A stretch of 61,297 nucleotides of DNA, counting the filler, from Catajapyx aquilonaris (Eukaryota): the NCBI GenBank assembly GCA_000934665.2. It is 2 parts of 2 records of this genome, joined end to end, with 100 filler letters (N's around TTAATTAATTAA, not from the genome) between each part and the next. Parts side by side here need not be neighbours in the genome. Positions count along the whole stretch, not along the records: positions 30,578 to 61,297 come from JYFJ02004642.1; 1 more part is not named here. One strand, given 5' to 3'. Under the pieces are notes generated by a model. That model was not told where the DNA came from. It was given only the letters and a program-made list of their open reading frames with translations, and made no database searches. Shown here piece by piece: positions 51,187 through 61,297 of the stretch (positions within the stretch are counted from its first letter, which is position 1; every line of letters begins with the position of its first letter). Made by a program: the position numbers and the translations under genes.

Positions 51187-51669
51187 GGCAGGGGTTGAAT
51201 CACCTGCCACATTGGACACCATATTATCCTGGACCGATTCACCCTGCATCACACATTCAGAAGATTTGCAGGCGTCTTTTGCTTAGTCAAAATTCCTTTC
51301 ATTCTTGTCCATGACCGTCTGGATCTTTCTCTCACCAGAAGGTGAATTGCATTCCCAAACCTATCAGTTGATACCTGCTCATTTCCTTGACTGCCTGGGT
51401 TGAGGGTTGGTCTTAGGCTTCGAGATCTTCGTGTCAGCAGACTGGGTGAAGCTGATGGTCAGCTTCAGGCCGTGGTGCTTGTTGTCCCCGTTTTTCGTCA
51501 GTCCGTCCAGCATGGTCACCTTGGGTAGTGAGACGTGGGTATGCCTATGGAAAGTTGCATCAGCTGTCAAACCTGTCATCATCAAGCATCACAATCACTT
51601 TTGCCAGGACCACTACATTTAAAAACATTATTATAAAAAACATCACTTAACTGCCTTCACAACTATACC

Positions 51670-52028
51670 TTATTTTTTTATTATTTTTTAAAAATATATT
51701 ACCCCGCGATGTCCCTTACGGGAGCTATAGGGGGGTGGCATACCACCATCAGTTTTCTGTTTTTACTTCCATCTCCGTGCAAGGACTGGTTCGGGATATA
51801 GGGTAGGGAAAGGGATTGTTGGGGAGGGGACACTTGTGCAGGTGCATTGTCCTAGCCTTTTGGGCCATGTGCAGTCCCCCAGGAGGTTAGGTTGCCAGAC
51901 ACCTCCTTGGTGCAGGTCAGAGACCCTCCCGACGCAGGTGAAAGGAAGTTCCCCAGGCGGGGATCGAACCTGGGGCCTTTCACTCAGCAAGCCGAGACGT
52001 TACCATCTCGGCCACCACACCTCCCCCC
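51670..52028 (-). mobile_element. tRNA-derived SINE, family 2
   Basis: Minus head ggggaggtgtggtggccgagatggtaac...aggttcgatcccc; A-rich tail. Confidence 0.85.
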
Positions 52029-52867
52029 TTCACAACTCTACCTTAGAGCTCTTTAAAAAATCTCTGTCAGAGAACAGTAAGGGCTGATTCCATGAAAAAG
52101 TATGCAATAGAATGATGTGGTGTTTTCTGAGTTGAGAGAGTATATTTTTATTTTTGAAAGAAAATTAAATAATTTTCACATGATACATTCATGTTAACAA
52201 CATTGCTTTTTACACTGTTGGGGGGTGTGGAAATGTCTGTTTTGAGGCTTCACTTACGTAAATCTTCAAAATTCAACAGGAAAGTTAGTTTTTTTTCATT
52301 CAGTAAGCTGTGATTTCCACCCCATAAGAACTGGGTTAATGTACTTTATATTTATTTTTGCACTGCAATGACTGATTCAGGAAAAAAATTATTCAAAAAT
52401 TCCGTTTTTGTGTGTCGTGTAAGTCACAATTTTTAGTATTTCAATTTTTTAGATCTCATATTTATATAAGTTTTAAACTGATGAGATGTGTAGCTGTTAA
52501 AATGAAAACATAATTAACATATATTTACCGTCTATTTCTGATTAAACACCCTTTTCCATCAATGTTACGTTTGTGCAAATTTATAAATAAATAAAAAGTT
52601 AGTCACGATCTAATTGTAATGTCATGACAAGTCACATATGGAATTTGCCTTAGCACATATCTTGGAGACCCTTTTCTGACATTCTTTCCCATTCTCTGAA
52701 ATCTGTAATACCAAGTTCCACCAGTGCAGTGCAGACAGAGGGATAACACCCAATTTTACTAAATCAATTAAAATGTAGCATTTTCATAGATTTTCAAGCC
52801 TGTAATTTGAAGCCTTTTAGTTTTCAGCAGAAGTTGAATGCGCATACCTCACAACAGATTGATAATA

Positions 52868-53099
52868 CAGGGTGTTCCAAGTTCGTGGGTCACTTCTTTA
52901 TAACTGATATAGCCTGATAGCAGTTATTTTTCTGTAGCTTGTGCCCCTAACCATGTGCCCCATTCCTAGTGGCCCCATTCTATATAGTTATAGAATGGGG
53001 CACATGGTTAGGAGCACAACAAGAACCAAAAAATAACTGCTATTGGGTGATATCTTGGTGATATCAGTTATAAAGAAATGACCCACGAACTTGGAACAC
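52868..53099. mobile_element. Tc1/mariner-type palindromic MITE
   Basis: cagggtgttccaagttcgtgggtca / tgacccacgaacttggaacac. Confidence 0.8.
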
Positions 53100-53164
53100 A
53101 TATTAGAAAACTAATTTTACTAAATAATAAATAAAACACCCTACTATATTTTAGTGGTTGGTTA

Positions 53165-54208
53165 GGGTAAACCATACAGTGATGGCCAGTTTAGTGTATT
53201 GGTCTCAGTAATACATGAATATTCTCACCTTTTCTTTTCACGTAGATGTTCTAAAATATTTTTATAATGACTGAGGTTGTCCCCGTTCACATTGCATCAA
53301 ATTCACGCAAATCTATCAGAATGTGTATATATATTTAAATGCACAAAATATCCTACCTAAAAGACAGTAATGGCCACCCATCCAGATAGTAATGGCCAGG
53401 TGTCAAGACAGTGATGGCCATTGCAGAAAACAATAGGCTATCTACAATAGGGATCAAAGTAGGAACCCCATAGGTATTAGGAAGGTAGGCCTAACTGATG
53501 CGAGATAAAGCCACTCAAAAGCCTGTACAGGTTGTCAGGAAATATGACTGATTATTTTATTTTGCAAGTATTCGTCACATACAAGAATAGGCTTTGGCCG
53601 TTACACACAACAAGATAGGCTATGGATTTGCGATTGTTGAGTATTTCCTCCTAAAAATCATTGCTGTCATTTCTCTCCAAGAATAACTCTCGTGATCATG
53701 ATACTTAGGCTTACATATTATGTGGCATTCAATTTTTTAAAGCCTAACACAGTAATGTCCATGGCATGGCCATCACTATGAAACGTCATTAGATGTGGGA
53801 CAGTCAAGTCATGGCCATCCTAATGAATTCATACTCCTCAACAAAGGGACTGGTTTCAATCCCATGCTTCAATAAAGCACCTCTAGACCAATACTTTCAT
53901 ATACCTCGCATTGCTTTCAGGGTATTTATGAAATCAGAAACACACTTACAATGCAAGAGAGTCTTAAGAAAAAAGTTAACATTTACCAGCTGCATTCCAA
54001 CATGACCAGTAGGTCTCTGTGTCCGATGCCATTACTGCTCTTGCGATGCCCGCTGAGTACTGATTTTTGACCGAGTTCATGCCAGGGACCACAGGTGTCA
54101 CACCATGATCATTTCTTCATGTTATGTCATTTACACGGCCTATTTCTTAAAGAACCAAGGTGCAGTGGGCCATCACTGTATGGCGGTCCATCACTGTACG
54201 GTTTACCC
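53165..54208. mobile_element. TA-flanked non-autonomous DNA transposon
   Basis: TA|gggtaaaccatacagtgatgg ... ccatcactgtacggtttaccc|TA; internal (c)agtRatggcca motif repeated near both ends. Confidence 0.8.
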
Positions 54209-54295
54209 TACCTTGTTTTGATGATTTAAGTTAAGACATTGTGGATTTGAAACAGCAGGAACATGACTGTACAGACTTTATGTACAATTTATTAA

Positions 54296-54812
54296 CCCTG
54301 GAACCGTGAAAGTTACGGTAACCGTGACGGGGGGTGTTTTAGGACCCCATCCATATTTTAATTTTTATATAATACTTTTCACTGTATTGACTATATATGC
54401 AATCATTCTTTGAACAATGCCTAAAATGATCGCTAATTCAAAATAAACATACACTTCCTGTTATATTAAGACCTTGGGGGAAGAATGATCAAGGTCCACT
54501 TTTTGTCAAAAATGAGTTACACATCTCAGAAGATACTTTCACTAGTGTAGAATATGGCGGTTTGGTTGTGGATGTGGAGTTATGGTCATAGGTCACAATG
54601 GAAGGCCCAGAAAGTGGGATTTACAATGGAACCTTATGGGCCTTCAAAATTTAAAATTGGATTATCTCAGTTTCACCTCAGGTGGACCTTGATCGTTTTT
54701 CTCCCAAGGTCTTCATGCACTTTTTTTAAATGGCAACAGTTCATTGTAATTATCATTTTAATGCATTTTAATTCTTTGGGGTCCTAAAATACCCCACGTC
54801 ACGGTTCCAGGG
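54296..54812. mobile_element. piggyBac-type MITE (second copy, opposite orientation) with a nested MITE at ~54467-54713
   Basis: TTAA|CCCTGGAACCGTG ... CACGGTTCCAGGG|TTAA; inner TIRs aagaccttggg..gatcaaggtccac / gtggaccttgatc..cccaaggtctt are absent from the 4216 copy. Confidence 0.88.
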
Positions 54813-54896
54813 TTAAGACCAAAACATATGAAAGATCAGATGTAATTTATAACAGGAACAGCAGTCACCTCATTTCCATACAAAACTTTGGAAATA

Positions 54897-55019
54897 TGGT
54901 GTCGAATTTTCGTCCCACTGTTAGATATTGGCTAACTAGCAGTACCAGTGCCAACATTGGTACTGCTAAGAGCCTAAGATAGCAGTAACTAGCAGCAGTG
55001 GGACGAAAATTCAACCCAT
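54897..55019. repeat. Small inverted repeat / MITE
   Basis: gaattttcgtcccactg vs cagtgggacgaaaattc. Confidence 0.6.
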
Positions 55020-56812
55020 GCTCTTCAATTAGATTTATTGGTGTGATTTTCTCAAGCACATTTTTTTTTTTTTTTGTTGAGGCACAACAATATATTTTGT
55101 TGGTGATCATTCTGACGTATCATGCAAAACCATCAATAAGCTTTTTACAAGATGGCAACTGTATACAGTATACAATATAGCCTACTTTCACACACATACT
55201 TGGATATCTTATTCAATGTATACACCTACCACATCTCAGAATGTTACAGTCACATGGTGGCCCCAAAAAATTATAGGCCACTTGACAATAATACTCATTC
55301 CTGTAGCCTACATACCATTTTAATTTTAAACTTGGAAAACCCTCGCTCCGCTCACTCTTTTCTAGGCCTGCGGCCTGTGGTGTAGGCCATGTTCTTAATG
55401 ATACTCATCCAACAATTATCTGCATCATACTCCCCTCCCCCCTCCCTCCCCCCACCTTATATTAACCCTTTGACGGCTAAGTACATCATAATTATTATGA
55501 TGTCCTGAGGGTTTTTGAATTTGGCGCGCGAGGATGTGCATAGAGAAGGCGAACTTTGCGGTGCCAAACCCGGTTCAATATGCTCCTGCCATCTCTTGGA
55601 GGGTGAATCAACAACCATAGCAAGTCCAGATTCCCCCCCTGTTCCCGCCCAAGATCTTGGTTCCCGCCAAAGTTGAGTCGCATATGCCAAGGTCACGTTG
55701 CTCCCACGTGATCGTTTATGTATAAACATGTTCCCTCAGTGCAGGGACGCAGGGTGGTCGTAAAGTCTGGACCCTTGGGAGTTTATCATAGTACAGTGTT
55801 GTGGTAATACCATAAGAACAATGTATAAGAACAATGTGACTGAGTAAACTGGTAAGAGGTCCATCTTGGCTGCCTCCCCCTCACGAGACCATCACTCTAA
55901 CTACGGTACAGCAGAAAACAGCAGCACCATCATCCCTACCCGGCAAGAAAAGCGGGTCTCTTCCCACCATCCAACACCACCACAAAACCCCACAGCATGC
56001 GAGGAAGGGAGCGAGTCAAGAGTCAAGATACTCACAGGGCCACCGGCGACTGTGTCCTAGCAGCTCTTGGTCCTCGTGCCTGAGGTACTCGTCCTGGCCG
56101 GCGACGCAACAAGGTAGCCACTATACAACTGCAGGTGGGAGGGAAGGAGGCGTGAAGGAGGCAAGGAGCACACTCCACCCGTGTTCCACACTGACGGCGA
56201 CTGGGGAGTGGGCAGTCAGTGGGCAGTGGGGACAGTGGGGAGGAACAGGCCGAAGCCGAACCAGGGAGAAGCTCTTCCCTGGCCGAACAAAGACGAGGCC
56301 TCGACTGGGCCTCGACCGCCTCGTGCGTGATGGCCTCGAGGTAACGGAGCACCACCAAGGGGTCAGGGGTGAAACTAGACCCTCTGTTTCAGGGGGTGCT
56401 CAATGTTGTGGCAGTCGCGGGCCAATTTGAAAATTGGGCACACATCGCATCGTGGGTCGCACAATAGGCACTTACATTAGTTACATACCGTACCTCGTTT
56501 AAATGCAAATTCAGGTACAACAAAAAGGGAAAAATTGTCACACTTGAAACCAACTCCAGTGTCGTTTCGTGCACTTTATTAGAGTAAATTATATGCGATT
56601 CTTTATATTTTAGAAGTGATATTATTACCCTGGAGAGTTATTTCTGAATTTAGACTCCATGTAATAATTTTGTTTTGTAAACTCATGGGTGATGGGTCGT
56701 TTAAAAGGAAACCCACTGCATCTATAAGCAATTTTTTTAGAGTGACATCACCATAAAGTGAATCAAGGATTCAGCGAATTAGAAGACTGCCTCTGTTTAT
56801 TTGTTACGGTGA

Positions 56813-57132
56813 GGGAGGCGGAGTGGCGCTGCGGTAACATACGCGCCCACGGATGTTAAGGTCCCGGGTTCGATCCCAACCCGGGGACACCCCCTTCATC
56901 TCGTGCAGAGTTCAGGGTCACCTCTGGCTTCGTCTCGGGTGGTATATCCACAGACTAAACCACCCGGGGGAGTTCACTAAAAATGGCCACATAAAGACAT
57001 TGCACTGCACCTTGCACATCCCCTCCTGTCATCCTGCCTGTGGGCCTGGGCGCTTCAATAATTAGGTTACAAATATGTACATCGTACAAATAAAGGTCCG
57101 TGCTACATGCCGAGAAGGCCAAGCAACCAGGA

Positions 57133-57191
<59 letters not shown>

Positions 57192-57531
57192 CTAATTCTG
57201 TGCCTGGCTGTTGGACTGGAAGGTCACAAGAGTGGTTGTTCCAACCCCAACATGGCTCAACACCGGAGTCTCATTTTTACATAGATTTTACATAGTTTTA
57301 TATGGTTTTTTGTGTATTTATATGTGTGTATTGTGCGTGTGTTTGTGTATCTGTATGTATTCATGTCATCCTTTTCATTATCATCCTATTCATTATATCC
57401 TCTGCGTGGCCTGACCAGTCACCAGAGGATTCATTATACTGGTCGTTCGAGATGGCCAGGTGGACTGTAAGGCCTACCTGGTCATCGCTGGTAACCCCAT
57501 CTTGATGGGAATATGCCGTGAATGTATGTAT

Positions 57532-57608
<77 letters not shown>
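56813..57608 (+). mobile_element. tRNA-Arg-like SINE whose (ATT)n tail is split by a ~340-bp insert (57191-57532)
   Basis: A/B boxes; two (ATT)n tracts; outer TSD atttgttacggtg / atttgttacagtg. Confidence 0.88.
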
Positions 57609-57611
<3 letters not shown>

Positions 57612-57960
57612 TGTTACAGTGTCACACTCTATTCGTTTCTGAGTTAGCTAATTCCAGCCGGCAGGCAGTGCTCCATATGGCAATCATTAATATTTGACCT
57701 CAATTTTTATTTTGAGTGCTTCATTCTGGAAATCAACATACTGTACACATAAGTATGTGCTTCCAAAGAGCTCAAGATCATTACAGCTTACATTCACAAA
57801 TTCCCCTTTTCTATTTAATTTTGGTAAAATTGTAGGAGAGGCATATCATGAAAATAATATTACTTGAATTTCAGGTCAGAGTAGGTCTGTGATTTCCTCT
57901 GGAGTCATCACATTCTCAGATAAGTTTCCACATTCAGGACCCTTTTTGGAGCACGGATAA

Positions 57961-58310
57961 GGGGTCGTCCATATACCACGTGACCGTTTTGGGGGAAGGG
58001 GGGTCTACTGATATACCACGGTTGGTCACGGGGGGGNTTTTTTGTACAGTAGGTCCAGATTCAAAATAACCTAAAATTCGAAATCAGCGACCCCTAAAAC
58101 ACGGGGAGACATGTTTTTTGCGTGCTTAAACGGTTTAGTTGAGGAGCTATCGTTTGCGATCGCGTTTGTCCTGATAAAATTTACATTATGATAAATTTAC
58201 ACAAAAAAAGGGGGGGGGGTTCCAATGGATACCACGGTCAGTCACTGGGGGGGGAGGGGGGGGGGTCAAAAAGTGCCCGAAAATCGGTCACGTGGTTTAT
58301 GGACGACCGC
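57961..58310. mobile_element. PIF/Harbinger-type MITE
   Basis: TAA|ggggtcgtccatataccacgtgacc ... ggtcacgtggtttatggacgaccgc|TAA. Confidence 0.8.
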
Positions 58311-59339
58311 TAATATCCTGGAATCTATTTTGAAACTCTGTCTGAATCTGAGATTATTCATATATTTTGGTGAGCAGCCTCCATTACTGATTTGGAAGTC
58401 ATCAGATTTGATATAGGCCTACTGCAACTAAAATCTATGGTGAAGATAATTCTTTTTATTAAACATGTCCTTGCACAGGGCGTGCTGATCTTCTCCACCA
58501 TGGCAATTGGAGTCTTTCAAGATACGCGTCAGGATTTACTAACCTCCACCTTCTGCTGTATAAGGTCGCTTTCTTGAACTGCAATTTTTTATTTCAGGTG
58601 CTCCAGATGTGACTCTATGTCCCATATTTCCTTCCTACTATGGTCTTCACTTTATACCTGAGGAGAAAAACATTTACTTATTAGTACTTCATTTAACTAT
58701 TTAACATTTAAACTAGTAAAGTGACTGCTGCCGCCCCGGGATGTTCACTGGAAGGAATTCTCAGGAACTCAAGCCAACACACATCAATTCTGCTCAGACA
58801 TATATACACACAGCTGGCAGGACCCACACTTGGGACACAGCCACGACAGACGTCCATCCAAGACCATGACTACTACAGAACTCCCCATTCCAAACAAACC
58901 CCTGGACACCAGAACTACATCAACAGTCCAGTGTCCAGGCAACAGTCAGAACAGCGGCCTGTTGCCAGGCCACTACACTAGCATGGAACATACACTATTA
59001 TTATTGTACTGCCAGTCTGCCACAAAATAAAAGGGTCTACGACCACAACAATCAACATGATAACAAGCAACGCCACAATCCTATCTCTGCAAATTAATGT
59101 TTTCAAGACATGCGCATACAAATGGAATAACTTAACTCACCACTGCCTTGTTAAGGTTCTGAGAAAAAGACTACTCACCATAGTGTTCCATGTAGGGTTA
59201 GTAAGGGTAAGTTACCTGTCATCACAACTTCCTCTCAACTTCCATCTCAACTGTAGTTCTCTCTTGAAGGTGTTGACTTATTCCTTCAAGGAACTTACAC
59301 TAATGAGATCCTTCACCTCTTCTAAACTAACCCATAGGA

Positions 59340-59533
59340 CAGCGGTTCTTAACCTGGGGTGCCCGCACCCCCAGGGGGTGCGAGGTGGCTCCCCTGGCGG
59401 TGCGAGAAAGGTGCACCTTTGGACTGAGTCTAACTTACTATGAACTTAATCAATGACCCCTGGTGTAGGGGGTGCGACAAGGACCAACTGTCTTCAAAGG
59501 GGTGCGGAGGCCCGAAAAGGTTAAGAACCCCTG
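59340..59533. mobile_element. hAT-like MITE (short relative of 13665-14096)
   Basis: cagcggttcttaacctggggtgc ... aaggttaagaacccctg; flanks ccatagga / ccattaga. Confidence 0.8.
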
Positions 59534-61297
59534 CCATTAGAGGTCCTGTAATTCACCCAGTTTGTTCATACTGATCTCCAAAGAGTTGGTCTTTTCTGCA
59601 AGTTGTTTATCACTCTCTTCGTTGTGCACCTCCAGAAATGTTAGCTGATCCTAAGCTTCTCTAAGTTCATGTGTAATAGCATCTATTTCATTTTATTAGT
59701 ACTTGCCACTTGGTTAGTGTTTCTTCTAGTTCAAAAGTGGTCTGACATTCCCCTTCCAAACTTTCGACCTGCTTCCTCTCCCCAGCCAGCAATTATTCCA
59801 GTTCTCGTGTTTTTCTTGACTTGCCCACCTATGTCGTACCAGTACTGAAAAAATGTGACACATTTACAGTACTAGACTACTGAATCTAATGAGTATTTAA
59901 AAAGATTTGGTAAGCTATGTCGAGTATTATTTTCACTTGCAAGTCAGGCTTTACAATATTTTCTTCTTCAACCTGGAATATTGTAAATGCTCAAGCTGCA
60001 TTCTTTTCTCCTTCAGCTGAATTTCCAGTTCTTTATTACGATCCTGGTGGTCTAACACAGCCTTATGTAATTCTGAAACTTCTTTCTCATATACCCTTTT
60101 CCCAAGGAGTCAAATTCTTGCTGCACTAGTGATATCTGACCTCTATAAATAACGCTCCGGGATATTTCTCAATGTGTTGCTCTTTCTTCCTCAGAACCTC
60201 CTGGAAAGAATATTACACCTAATAATGTAAGTCACACTTGTACTTCACAGTATAACAGTTCACAAAGTCATGCCACTTTATTAACTTCTGTGCAATGCCC
60301 AACCTAATTAACGTTATTTGCTTGTGGCTAGTATTTGATATATAGCCCAGTCATTTTAGATTAAATTTTGGTCGAACCTTAAAAAAATTAGTGTAAAGCT
60401 GGAAATTGGTACAGAGGTACTCTTTGACCCCCTGAACAAGACACTAAAAGTCCTGAGAAATCCGAAGACCGGAACATGGTTTTTAACAAGCATAAAGGTC
60501 CTAAGTGACAAAAACATCGACATTTCACTCCAGAGTGAGCAGTTTGGCTCGAAATCACCCCAGAATGCTCGTAAGTAACTTGTTTTAAACGTGAGGGTGT
60601 GGGTGTAATCACAGATCCAAACTTTGACCGGAAGAATTTAAAAAACAGTAAGAAAGGGTCATTTTATTAAATATTACAAATACAGGTTATATGATTACAC
60701 AGGCCAACAAAATTGAATATTTATCTTGGGTGCCTTGAAGGTTAGACCCATTTTAGCATATATCTGTGGCGCTGATTCCAAAACTGGCATCCGTTGTGCC
60801 CCATCAGCGCTGGGTTTTGAGATTATTATAACGTTTTAAAGTTTGGACCGGTTTACTTTCCGAATCAAGTGAGCCGAAATCTTTTTACATCTTCTCAGAT
60901 CTTGGTGAAAATAATCACAGATGTACAGATATATGCCATATCTGCATATCAAATTTCACCCACATTGCGCAATACCATTTGGAGGGAAAATATTGAGAAA
61001 CTTTGAAAATGGCCGAAAATTAGGCCTCTCTTGAAGATTTTTTTTTCGGTGAGTGGAATTGGTCAAAACCTAATGAACATAGCTCGTATATATCAAAAGA
61101 AAGGCACATACCAGGAGAATGCGCCTTTGGAATTAGTTGTTCTCTAAAATGTAACTAGAATAATTTATTTTTACATTTCATTGGTCACTTGCACAATTAC
61201 TGATGTATTTGCGTTATATCAGTTGTATTTAGTGACACTAGTTGTGACCAGCACAAGGTTCACTATGTTAAGTTTGAGGCCTGACTCATGCATGGTT

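Noticed and set aside
51379..51585. Possible homology between this ORF and the 22437-22900 ORF (both contain K..KLT...T)
   Set aside because: The similarity is too weak by eye and no DNA-level match was found
55462..56600. TTAA-CCCTTTGACGG piggyBac-like end followed by GC-rich ORFs
   Set aside because: No matching second terminus found and the ORFs have no recognisable motif
57075..57642. Poly-Leu/Ile 'membrane' ORFs (also poly-Gln/Val near 6600-6900 and poly-Asn at 15585)
   Set aside because: Translations of (ATT)n and (CAA)n microsatellites
59540..60210. Possible LINE ORF1 remnant on the minus strand (RRKECSLSIYNIP-like)
   Set aside because: Too degraded to support without a search

Overview
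Eukaryotic, repeat-rich genomic DNA from an arthropod, probably an insect (taxon inferred from protein similarity only). Two intact spliced genes can be built by hand with GT-AG introns in consistent phase: MEA1 on the + strand (3 coding exons, about 178 aa) and a full-length but divergent UBR1/UBR2-type N-recognin E3 ligase on the - strand (14 coding exons, 1805 aa). There is also a GLYR1/NP60-like dehydrogenase pseudo-exon broken by several templated inverted duplications. The rest is a dense nest of transposons: a deleted Helitron inside a piggyBac-type MITE, a degraded LINE carrying six later insertions, several tRNA-derived SINE families with swapped heads and tails, many Tc1/mariner, hAT, Harbinger and Sola-like MITEs or foldback elements, and a frameshifted USP-like cysteine-protease ORF next to a 100-nt scaffold gap. 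All calls come from reading the sequence and from recalled motifs; no database search was run.
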